The translations under genes and the position numbers were made by a program. Under the pieces are notes generated by a model that did not search any database, was not told the origin of the DNA, and saw nothing but the letters and a program-made list of their open reading frames with translations. Shown here in pieces: positions 52,800-64,000 of a DNA stretch of 64,000 nucleotides. The stretch is from Octopus sinensis. Taxonomy: Eukaryota. The stretch covers positions 9,486,001 to 9,550,000 of the forward strand of contig NC_042999.1 in NCBI RefSeq assembly GCF_006345805.1, given 5' to 3'. Position 1 is the stretch's first letter, and every line of letters starts with the position of its first letter.

Positions 52800-54055
52800 A
52801 GTCGTTATGTTAGAAGAATGTTATAAGATTTTTTCATACAGTAACATAGTTTTTGAAGAAATTACCGGTTTCGTGTTAACTTTTCAAATTTCTCAAATGT
52901 CTTTACCTACATCGTGTTATGTCTTCGTCATGTAGTGCAAAGAAGAGTTCCAGATAGGGGGAGGTAATAAGCGATTTCTTCCGGTATAAGGGAGATAATC
53001 GCTTTATATTTCTTTTCCCTTATTTAATGGGGTGAGTTTCTCTGTATAAGAATGTTAGAATGGTTAAGTTTAGGCTTATATTTTTAATTGAAGAATGTTT
53101 CCTTGTTTAATCTAATTTGTGTTGGTGTTCCAATAGCACATTGATAGAATGGAAAGATTAAAAATTATGGTAGTAGTTGCTTTGCGCATTTCTCAATATG
53201 CTCACTAAAGGGTATCATTCTGTATTCTGGGAATGCAATCTGTTGTCGATCCAGAGTGCATCTACGTCTGAGTGATAATCTCGTGGACCTCACGTAGTTT
53301 TGGTGGCAGCCCGAGCACCTTATGACATAAATTATGTTTTCAGAAGCACAAGTAAAATTAGATCTGATCTTGAATTTTTGTCCCTCTTTGCAAAAGAATT
53401 CTGATCCTTCTAGAAGGTTTGGGCATGTTGCGCAGTTTGGTCTACCACATTTTTTTACTTTTGCATCTGTAATTTCAGAAAACAATTTTGCCTTTGTGAG
53501 AATCTTTTTAAGTGATTTAGGTTGTTTGTAGCTTTTAATGATTTTATGTATGTTTAGAATTTCCTTTAATTTGGGGTCCTTATCAAGTATTGGTAAATTC
53601 TGGGTGATGATGGTGAAGGCTTCTTTGTTTCTGGGGTTGTATGTGGATATGTAAGGTAGTATTTTCGGGGAAGGTGTGTTGTTGTGTTGAACTTTTCTCA
53701 AAGTTTCTATGTCGATTTCTGTTGCACGTCTGATCCCATCCTCTATGAGTTGAGCCGGGCAGTGTCTGTCAATTAGGGTGTTTTTGAGTTCTTGTCGTCT
53801 AAAGTTCCTGGTATTTTGTTCTGACACTAAAATTGAAATAGACATTTTTTACAAAGCCACAGACGCCAAATAATACCTACTTTTTGATTCATGCCACCCA
53901 AGACACACTAAAACAAACATCCCTTTCAACCTTGCAAGAAGGATATGCACAATAGTGTCAGAACAAAATACCTGGAACTTTAGACTACAAGAACTCAAAA
54001 ACACCCTAATTGACAGACACAACCCAGTTCAACTCATAGAGGATGGGATCAGACG
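52800..54055 (-). mobile_element. Penelope-like element relic: GIY-YIG endonuclease region (-) with inverted RT-thumb segment (+, 53840-54055)
   Basis: KKCGRPNCATC, FTCASENIIYVIRCSGCHQNYVRST, RMIPFSEHIEKC, ETFFN*KYKPKLN; the + piece reads FTKPTDAK*YLLFDSCHPRHTKTNIPFNLARRI. Confidence 0.9.
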
Positions 54056-54208
54056 CACACACACACATACGTATATATAAATTAAATATTGAAGATAAAA
54101 ACGCATTCGGCCAAGTTTGGTCATACGACAGTTTAACATAATAGCAACGATATATATAAATTTGCCGAATACGTTTTTTTTTCAATATTTAATTTATATA
54201 TACGTATG

Positions 54209-54512
54209 AAGGGACGTGGCTTAGTGATTAGGGTATTCAGCTTGCAATTGTAGGGTCAGGAATTCGATTCCCGGTGGCTCGTTGTGTCCTTGAACAAGAC
54301 ACTTTATTTCACGTTGCTCCAATACACTCAGCTGGCAAAATTTAGTAGTACCTGTAATTTCAAAGGGCCGGCTGATACTTCCTGAGAAGTATGCAAAGGG
54401 GTACGCGTGTCAGTGGAGTGCTCAGCCATTTGTATGTTAATCTCACGAGCAGGCTGTTCCGTTGATCGGATCAGCTGGAAACCTAGTCGTCGCAAGCGAC
54501 GAAGTGCCAGTA
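54209..54512 (+). mobile_element. SINE family C, diverged
   Basis: GTGGCTTAGTGATTAGG...GAATTCGATTCCC...GTTGTGTCCTTGAACAAGACAC. Confidence 0.8.
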
Positions 54513-57039
54513 GATATATATATATGTATATAAATTTTTTTTTAACCTGTTTCGGTCATTTAGACTGCAGCTAGGCTGAGGCATGGTCTTGTAGAATTTT
54601 AGCCGATGGAAATGACCCCAGTACTTATTATTTTGAAGCCTGGTACTTTACTTCTAGCGAACCGCTAAGTTACGGGAACGTAAACACACCAACACCGGTT
54701 GTAAAGCGGTGTTGGGGACAAACTCAATGATACTGGCCATGCAGTTTACACTGTATATATACAGTAGGAATACATAACGCTGTATACAATATTAGTCGCA
54801 GAATACGAGGACAAAATATTGCGTTTTCTCACGCAATAAAAATTCGACAACGGAAATAGGATTCAAATCTTGACACAAGGCCAGCAGATTTTAGGGGATA
54901 ATCAATACCAAAAACCCCAGTATTGTGACTGGTACTCGGTTTTATCAATCTCAGAAAACATAAAATGGGAAGTTGGACTCGACGGTATTTGAAATAGGAG
55001 GTAAAAAACGGGAAGAACTGAAACATAATAATAATGGTCTCCGACCAAGCGACAGAGCCACATATTTAGCAGGAGGGTGAGTTGGTTAACGCGACCCCAA
55101 TATTTTTCTGGAATTTTATTTTATCAGGGCCTTAAAAATGAAAAGAAATGTTCACTACGACGGGGCTTGAAGTCAGATCGTAAAGTAACGTGAATACGGC
55201 TCCAGTGCCGCTGCTAATCCATCAACCTAAATAATCCTTTGTGGTTTTGAGACAAAGGCACAAATAGGTAGCGAGGCGGCCGTGGAGGCGGCAATAGGGG
55301 GGGGGGGCAGGGGGCAGCAGTGGTAGCGGGGGCGGCAGAGGCAGTGGCAGCAGCAGCGTCACTTGGGCGGTGGGGCGGCAGAGGTTATTAACTTGAGTTT
55401 ACGACATGACATTAATAGCGAATGAAGTCTTGTTTTATGTGACCGACATTCACCAACAGAATCTATTCCTAATTGGCCAACAGTTTGAAAAGAGTGTATT
55501 TGATAACTGTAATATAATTCCGATGCCAATGTGGTTCCACTAATCTCTCTTAACTGAAAGAATTGTAATTCATTTGGGAAGAATTTTCTGTTGCAATGAG
55601 ATTCACATCTTCGACAGTTTAAATCAATAACCACATCATTCAACAATTTATTTTATCATTCTGGCAGTTTATCTTACAAATACCATCTTTAACTCCTCTC
55701 CACCCTTCTTTTATGATCTTCTTACATTTACCCTTTCTTCTTGCGTTATTCGATCATTCTCTTCCTTCCTCTATTCACTTCTTCCCTGTGAATTCTTCTG
55801 GTGTTTCCTTCCCGAATATTGTCTCCAGTGTTTCTGTCCTCTGGTTTTCTTCCACCTTCTTTGTTTCTTTTCACCGTATCTCCATCGACAAGAAATAATC
55901 CTTTACTAGTTTATTTCTTTTCTATAAATGTCAAACAATATCAAATAAAGTTGTTTTAAACTCTGTGTTAATTGAAATGACAATCGGTTCGAAGACAAGA
56001 ACCAGTTCACAAAAATACATAAAACACGCTTTTTACGCTTTTGGTAAAATTCTCTTCTGTCTGGAAATAAACTTTTGGACAATTTGATTATTTATAAATC
56101 TTATAATTATTTCACAAGAAACAGTAAAAATTGTATATGGAACAAATTCTACAGACAGATTAAGATCATTGATTTAAGAATTCAATATCTTCAAATCGTA
56201 TGAGAAAGAAAAATCACTAAGTAATTTTCCAAGTTTCCAATACCACTCAAAGACAAAACCAGGAACTTTGTTATTATTGCATAGATTTCTCAAACTTTTT
56301 GTAGAGAAATCTATTTTCTTGAAAATGTAGACAAATATGGGCGGCATTTCGGCTGAAAGAAGACAAAGAAATATGTTTAAGTGTCCTCTATAATATTCAA
56401 GTTATGTTCGACCCGTTTCTTTTTGTGGCAGGAGTTTTCTTTCGTTCTTTCTCTATACTATAATGGAGAAAGCTGCTTATTAATTAGGCATGTAACAATT
56501 ACTAAAAGTACAAAAAGAAAACAATATTAAAAGCTTGACCGTCTGGAAATATGCTTAGAAATTCATGTTCCAAGAAATTGCCTATAATCTCGCAAATTTA
56601 AATATTCATTGCATTCACTGCGGAGTAAATTTTAATGTTTAATAATAAACACCGTTAATTCGCTGCATGCAACATTTTACGTTTTATTTGCAACAATCTC
56701 TCATTCTCGCTCGCCTCTGTTTTCATTAATTATAATTTATTAATAGCTGTATAACTTTGATACGAGACACAATTTCAAGAATATTATCAGTTTCCGGAGT
56801 TTATTAAATGAATATTTTTGATAAAATGAACTTTTTTAAATATACCTAAATAATTTTAAAGTGATTTTGTGTCGAATGAATGCTATTACACACAAAAGAA
56901 AGCTGTATAACTTTGATACGAGGCACAACTTCAAGAATATTATCAGTTTCCAGAGTTTATTAAATGAATACTTATATGCACGGAAACGTAGACATGACTC
57001 TGTTTCCGCTACACATGACCGACTGGTTCGGGTATCTCG

Positions 57040-57963
57040 AGAGGAGAATATTCTACTTCAATATAATGGTGGCAGATCACAAATTGTTGATTCAACACTA
57101 AAGAGATCTTTTCTTTGCGATCATGTAGAAAGTAGTTGAGTTGACAACCAATCTAAGACTTCTTACTGAAGGTCATTCTAATCAAAGAGAGTTTGCTAAT
57201 TACCTTGATGTAGAAAATGGTAACATTTCTCTTGAACAAAGCCGAGGTGAATTCAAAATCAAAACTACCCAATGACCCTTGCCTTGAAAGGGGTACTCTT
57301 TCAGATCTATGTGATTTTGTATCTGCTGGCCTCAAAAATAACTTCACGAACCCTGCGTGGCTTGCAAGTAGGACCAACGTTACTCCAACAAATGAAGCAG
57401 CAGAATTTGTGAATGATTTTCTGTTGACCAGGATCCCTGGTGAGCTAAAAATATACAGAAGCTCAGATACAGTTGATAGTGAAATTCTGTACCCAATCGA
57501 GTTCATCAACAAACTTGCACCATCAGGGTTTCCATCAAACATTCTCAAACTGAAGAAAAAATGATGCATAATACTTCTAAGACTTTTAGATGCTACTAAT
57601 GGACATTGCAATGGCACACGCTACATCATTGTCTGCTTACATGATCATGTTATTGGGGCTCAGGTTGCTTCTGGTCCTTATGCAGGATCAACTCTGCTAA
57701 TCCCAAGAATACCACATGTATCTCAAGAAATGGAATTTCCATTCTCATTTACACGCAAACAATTTCCTGTCAAGTCAGCTTTTTCCTTGACGTGCAGCAA
57801 GGTACAGGGTCAGACGTTTGAACAAATTGGAATATATCTTCCGACACAATTCTTCTCACATGGTCAGCTGTACGTTGCATTATCTAGAGTTCGAAAGAAG
57901 GCTAATGTAAAAATATTGGCTGAGAGAAATGGAAACAGTACGATTACTGACAATTGTGTCTAA
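57040..57963 (+). pseudogene. Helitron RepHel Pif1-type helicase C-terminal relic
   Basis: GGRSQIVDSTLKRS, TPTNEAAEFVN, YPIEFINKLAPSGFP, IILLRLLD...CNGTR, LIPRIP, FTRKQFPV, KVQGQTFEQIGIYL...FSHGQLYVALSRV; internal stops and frameshifts. Confidence 0.92.
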
Positions 57964-58364
57964 AGGACAAACTACATCAAAGCAAAATATGCTTTTTAGC
58001 AAAATATGTTTTTCAGTAAATAGAATTAACACATAAAGTATATGTAAAGTAACATATATTTGTGAGGAATTAAATTTTTGTGGCATATTTCAACACATGC
58101 CGAATGAATGATATCGTTATATTAGACCATTTTAAATTTGGGTATATTTGAAACAGTAAGGAAACGTCATTCCCATGCGTTTTCACAGCACCAGCCTTTT
58201 GTGTGTGTGAGTGTGTGTGTATCCCCCCATCCACCCATCTATCTATCTATGCACACCTATGTAAGTTCTACCAATTATTAATGCAAGTTTTACCAATTAT
58301 TAATCATAAATGTATATAACAGATTGACTCTAAAAAAGAGAGATTATCGCTGATAAAATAATGA

Positions 58365-58685
58365 GTCTGTCTGTCATTCCAGTAGTTGTAAGGGGAACTT
58401 GGAATGCTATCAACCAAGTCTGAGAAATAAGTAAAAGAAATCGGAATTGAAATGAGAGCAGAGCATGCCCAAAGACCTGCTCTGTTGGGGACAGCTAGGA
58501 TTTTGAGATTGGTATTTGGATGTTGAATGTCTCCCACTATAATTAACAACCAAGTATCAATGGTTATAATGTACAGAAAGAGATCCTGTGAGACCTCCTC
58601 TGACAGCAGGTTACTGTCCGCTCTCACAGAAAATACCAGAACAGACAAGACCGAACGTTCTGAGAAGTAAAACGATAATAATAAA
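58365..58685 (+). mobile_element. R4/Dong-type LINE 3'-end relic
   Basis: SVIPVVV/GELGMLS...EHAQRPALLGTARILRLVFGC*; 3' UTR ends in GATAATAATAAAG. Confidence 0.75.
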
Positions 58686-59343
58686 GACAATTGATCAGAT
58701 GAGTCGATCGAGTGAATGATCGGATAACTTATCCAAATCCTTGTTTGTATTGTTTATAAAAATTGTTGTTTCCATAAAGTTCTATTTATTCTTTTCTGTT
58801 TAAAAATCTCCAATAAGTATTTATAAAGCAGGTAACAAAACCTATCAGCTTCACATCTATAATATTATATTGTGTGTGTTTGTTTTTATTATTCTTTCCA
58901 TTAAATCCATTTAAGTGATACAGACGTTTCCAAATTAATAATTTATTAGCTTCAAAGTAAAAGCATGTGTCAAATTTCCTTTGGAAAATGTCCTTTGATC
59001 TATGAATAAATCAGAGCGAATGTATTAATTCATAAAGAATTATGAATAATGCATGACCTGCAGGTGTTGCCTTATAAGGGCTTTGTTTATTGATCATTGG
59101 TTATTTCATGTAATTGACGCTTAGAGTAATTTCAGTGGAAAACATCGGGACCGGTTCCAATATGGTATAACAATGTTTGATTAGTCTTAATGGGTGCTTT
59201 TCATGCGAAACTGCTAGAGTTACATAAGAGATATGTTCTAATTACTTCAGGCTTCAAAGGAGACTAGTCGTCTCTGTTTATATATGGATACAAATAATTC
59301 AACATAGAAGCAAAGATACACACGTACACATATACACACACGC

Positions 59344-59395
<52 letters not shown>

Positions 59396-59499
59396 GTATG
59401 TATGTATCGAAACAAAGAAGAACAAACAAGGAAAAACAATGACACAAGGACGTGGTACAAATACTGTTTATCAGACGCTCAGGAAAGGAGGCAAAGAAG

Positions 59500-59534
59500 A
59501 TTTAACGTTTCGAGCCAGGCTCTTCATCAGAAAA
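59500..59534 (-). ncRNA. Minimal hammerhead-like motif
   Basis: TTTT-CTGATGA-A-GAGC ctg GCTC-GAAAC-GTT-AAAT; palindromic AACGTT; weak stem I. Confidence 0.6.
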
Positions 59535-61214
59535 AGAGGAAGATCCAAAGGAAGGCAAGATGGAGGAAGAAAATTGCCAACGATACACTCGCGGTTACAT
59601 TTATTAAAGAAGACGGCGTGTACCAGAAAGCAATTTAAGATCACGACAATTGTTTCGTCTTCCCGATGCACCGCTCCCTCGTGGGCGTGGAACGGTGCCA
59701 TAACACCAGATGCCATTCACAGTGCAAAGAAGACTCCTCAGGTGACACAAATATGCTTTTAGTGTGGCTCATTTACATTTCAGTTTCGCTGACAAGAGCA
59801 TCACAGACAGTTATAAACTTGGGCTTTATTGCGAATCTTCAGCATGGCTGTGTGGTTAAGGCGTTCGCTTTACAACCGCGTGGGTTCGAGTTCAGTCTCT
59901 CTGCGATGTATGATGGGCTAGAGACTTTTTATTTTCCTTCCGGGGTTGAAAAAGTGACGTAGAAGCCATGTATTAGCATAGATAATACCGACTAATCCCA
60001 AAGCCATGATATCAGGCGTTGTTACAATTGATTTTACTTCATGTCTGTTCAAATATTTGTTTAATTTCTGAACCCCTTTGGGCCGCGAGTTGGCTTGGCG
60101 CTATTTCGTCCGGTTCTTTACGCTCTGAGTTCAAATACCGCAGAGTTAGACTTTGCTTTTCATTCTTTCGTAATCGACTTGCCAATTCCTTAGAAATTTG
60201 TGGCCTGTATATATACAGTAGGAATACATAACGCTGTATACAATATTAGTCGCAGAACACGAGGACAAAATATTGCGTTTTCCCACGCAATAAAAATTCG
60301 ACAACGGAAATAGGATTCAAATCTTGACATAAGGCCAGCAGATAAATTGAGAACAAGGTTTGAGAGACTGAAAGAGAATTTACAGAAGATTTGGGACAGC
60401 AAACACGAGCAGAACATTTGTTATTTGACTCTTAAAATGCAGAACTACATAACTTAATGCTTTTAGTTTAGTACGACAAAGATACAACCTAGACGCCATC
60501 CTTGTTTCACTTCAATATTTCCTTCTTACAAATATATTTGAAGCCAATATTTAGTCGAAGGGGTGATATAAATGATTAAGTAGATCCATTATTTAAGCAT
60601 AGCTTTGGATATTGATCCCTAGTGGATCAAAGGTCGTACTTAAAATCGAAGTTGGTATGGACATAAGTAAATACAATTGTCTGTTTATTTACACGCTCTC
60701 CAGTTTCTGCCAATTTTCTCAATGTAGTCTCGTTGTAATCCACTGATTGCTTAACAGTAATCCAACTCTATGGTGGCAGTTTTGGAACATACATCAATAA
60801 ATATATAAGCTGGTATTTATATTTTAATATATTGAATTCCTGCATAAAATAATTGTTGATATCATGCAGACCAAATCAAAATACGCACACATATAAAATG
60901 TAATGTTCTGTTATGGGTGGGACCAACAAAAAGCATTCCGTCCAGTAAGATATAAGTATGATTCGATGGATTTTCAATAGAGCTACTCTTAGTTTCATGC
61001 CTCGGAAAATATAATCGTCGAACAAGCGGTTTTTTTTGGGGGGGAAAAGTGTATATTTCCTAGTGATCACTCAAACTCGTAAGTTTGACTGATTGCCTGA
61101 AAATTGACGGCACGCTAGACAAGCTTGTCCAACTATTGTATTTCTAGAGGTGAGGAACTGATAGTTGCTCGTATTTAAATCCTCTATAGATATACGTGTG
61201 CGTGCGCGCGCGCG

Positions 61215-61254
<40 letters not shown>

Positions 61255-61793
61255 GTGTGTGTGTGTGCGTGTGTGTGTGTGTGTGGTGTGTGCGTGTGTG
61301 TGTTGTAAGAGGTGGCATATAATATCGAGGCAGATACCGAATTTATGTGTGTAAAATGCTAAGGCTATTTCTTCAGACGGTGCTTTTTTTTGCTTAATTT
61401 CCTTTAACACACATCCGATGTTACAGTGCTATTGCTTATGTGTGTTGATATATATATATATATATATATATATGCGAGAAAAAAATGGAGGACAAATAAC
61501 AAGCAGAAGTGTGTCTTTTGCGCTGGTAAGCCATTATTTAATTAGTAAATAAAGGTGAGAGTGAGGTGGAAGTTGTTTAGGATCGATTCTGTTTACCATG
61601 GTGAAGAAAATATATATCATATTATATTTTTGCCTCGTTGCTAATGGTAGACATCGTCAGAATGAAGAGGAGTGAAGATACCAAGGAATACACCCACTGA
61701 GGTAATTACCGGAAGTGCCTCTAGATATAGCTATCCCTCGGACGCTTTAAGCACTTTTAACTTATACCTGTTTATATATATGCGCATATATAT

Positions 61794-61877
<84 letters not shown>

Positions 61878-61917
61878 GCATATATATATATAATATATAT
61901 ATATACAGTATATATAT

Positions 61918-61962
<45 letters not shown>

Positions 61963-61963
<1 letters not shown>

Positions 61964-62600
61964 TAGCTGATGTACCCGGTAATTCCCGGGGGTAAAGATC
62001 TTTATTGAAACGCCTTAAGAAAGAAATTTCGTTATAACTGCCACAAAAGGTGTATTTTCCGTCATGGAAAAGTACATAAAAACTGTCAGCTGGAGGTGGT
62101 GGGGAGAGATTTTGGAGGTTGGCGAGGGGCAAAGATATTATTCTGCTTAGCGAAGGCATCTGGGAAATATATAACTGCTGTCATTCACAGAAAAACTATT
62201 GTTTGTACTGTAAGAAAAGCGCTGTTGAAGTATTAAGTGAAATTTGACAATCAAGGATCGAATCCACACTATACCTACACGAAACCACTACAAATACGTT
62301 GTGGAATAAAAAAAAATATCTATTGTCATGAAAAAAGTGTAACTGTAAAAATTCAGTCATCATAACAATGGGCATTCCAAAACGTACGTATGTATAGAAA
62401 TGTATGAATGAAATCTTTAAGGTTTAAGATTCAAATTAAGGAAGTGCAATAATAATGTTTAGCAGCTCAGTACTGTGAATAGTGAAATGCAGTATTAGAT
62501 CGGCTGATCGTGAAAATCAAATATTGATGGCTTCACTAAAATCTGCAGGTGGTATGGGTCATTTCCCTTGAGTTGCTTAAATAAAATATTAGTAATATGT
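61963..62600 (-). mobile_element. Decayed Helitron 3' end
   Basis: Minus-strand CCCGG-gaatta-CCGGG hairpin 8 nt before CTAG|T; degenerate E*QQLYIS resembles HGQLYVA. Distal boundary uncertain. Confidence 0.6.
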
Positions 62601-62696
62601 AGTAGACAGAAGGATCTATTTGAGGGGCCCGATTATCGACTTTTTTTCAACAGGCGCAAGAGTGCTGTGTGGTATGTAGCTTGCATATATATATAT

Positions 62697-62734
<38 letters not shown>

Positions 62735-62735
<1 letters not shown>

Positions 62736-63882
62736 TTCAACAATTGAGGGTAAAATTAATTAATTATTAATCAGTTTCACCAAGTGTTCAGTATGTAAAG
62801 GGACCATTATAGGCGAATTCAAAATATTACATTATATATAAGGGCTTAGTAAAATAAATTACTTTGCCACATACTGAACTCATTAGAAATAGCAGCTAAA
62901 GAAATTTCTTCAGCTATTTCTAATACTTAAAGAAGATCTCTCTCAGATAGTGTTTGCCTAAACTAACTCACAAAAGTATGGGGGAAAAAACATTAAAAAA
63001 TCAAGTGCAAAGGTTATTTGAGAACGTACGTTTCTAGATTAGTCAATTCGACATTTCTTTCTTCAGCTCAGAATTCCTTGAATCGGATTTGGGAACACTG
63101 AAAGTCGGGAGCATACCCTTTCGGCTTCTAATCACCTCTAGAATTCTGCTCGAACTAAAAGTGCTATCAAATTCGAATATGCAAGCGAAGAATTTCTGCT
63201 CTCCCCTTTCCACCAGCGTGGGTTAAAATTGACAAACACCATGTATTAACAGTGAAAACCGCAGAATTTAGCAAAGAGAGATGAATTATAATTTCAACAA
63301 TTGAGGGTAAAATTAATTAATTATTAATCAGTTTCACCAAGTGTTGAATTCGCCTATAATGGTCCCTTTACATACTGAACACTTGGTGAAACTGATTAAT
63401 AATTAATTAATTTTACCCTCAATTGTTGAAATTATAATTCATCTCTCTTTGCTAAATTCTGCGGTTTTCACTGTTAATACATGGTATTTGTCAATTTTAA
63501 CCCACGCTGGTGGAAAGGGGAGAGCAGAAATTCTTCGCTTGCATATTCGAATTTGATAGCACTTTTAGTTCGAGCAGAATTCTAGAGGTGATTAGAAGCC
63601 GAAAGGGTATGCTCGCGACTTTCAGTGTTCCCAAATCCGATTCAAGGAATTCTGAGCTGAAGAAAGAAATGTCGAATTGACTAATCTAGAAACGTACGTT
63701 CTCAAATAACCTTTGCACTTGATTTTTTAATGTTTTTTCCCCCATACTTTTGTGAGTTAGTTTAGGCAAACACTATCTGAGAGAGATCTTCTTTAAGTAT
63801 TAGAAATAGCTGAAGAAATTTCTTTAGCTGCTATTTCTAATGAGTTCAGTATGTGGCAAAGTAATTTATTTTACTAAGCCCT
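62735..63882. repeat. 1.15-kb palindromic element in (TA)n: 505-bp arms (62841-63345 and 63378-63882), 32-bp spacer, plus a permuted 88-bp leader
   Basis: Arms are reverse complements with about 2 mismatches seen; 62735-62820 is the reverse complement of 63346-63431; hammerhead motif in each arm. Confidence 0.95.
63653..63704 (+). ncRNA. Type-I hammerhead motif (mirror copy at 63019-63070 on -)
   Basis: TGAG-CTGAAGA-aAGAaatGTC gaatt GACtaaTCTa-GAAA-CGTACG-TT^CTCA; palindromic ACGTACGT stem III; A.A mismatch at 10.1/11.1. Confidence 0.65.
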
Positions 63883-64000
63883 TATATATATATATATATA
63901 ATATATATATAATACATATATATATATGTATGTGTGTGTGTGCATGTATAAATATATACATATATATATATATATATACATATATATACATATATAATAT

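Noticed and set aside
52291-52800. 169-aa ORF and similar ORFs at 2922, 2981, 27143 and 31090
   Set aside because: They are read-throughs of SINE family A, which is non-coding.
61625-61665. Minus-strand CTGACGA-TGTCT...AGGCA-AAAA
   Set aside because: GAAA is absent and there is no cleavage triplet; at best a fossil.
3050-63990. ORFs made of YIYI, HTHT, CVCV, poly-I/L/M or YLSI
   Set aside because: They are translations of TA, CA, AAT, ATC and GATA microsatellites.
1-64000. CRISPR arrays, operons or prokaryotic systems
   Set aside because: No regularly spaced repeat-spacer array and no prokaryote-like gene density; the sequence is eukaryotic.

Overview
AT-rich, repeat-saturated animal genomic DNA with one 100-N gap (41174-41273). 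The SINE families and 5S sequence resemble those I recall from Octopus; this is an inference, not a database match. Only one host coding exon is well supported: the first coding exon of a minus-strand globin (19491-19702) with an MGC acylation start and a B12.2 intron; I could not find its later exons in the window. The rest is transposon-derived: four tRNA-headed SINE families, a 5S rRNA pseudogene fused to a tRNA-type SINE, R4/Dong-type, RTE and CR1/L2-type LINE relics, Helitron relics and non-autonomous Helitrons, a fold-back mariner, and Penelope-like (PLE) relics. The most notable signal, invisible in the ORF track, is a set of about 8 recognisable plus several decayed type-I hammerhead ribozyme motifs from at least 5 unrelated repeat families. 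Most have palindromic stem III and sit in inverted or circularly permuted non-coding units, including a 1.15-kb near-perfect palindrome built from a 557-nt permuted monomer and a 2.8-kb inverted structure with a hammerhead at each end. Folds were paired by eye; coordinates of decayed elements are approximate. Most ORFs in the supplied track are microsatellite or repeat artefacts.
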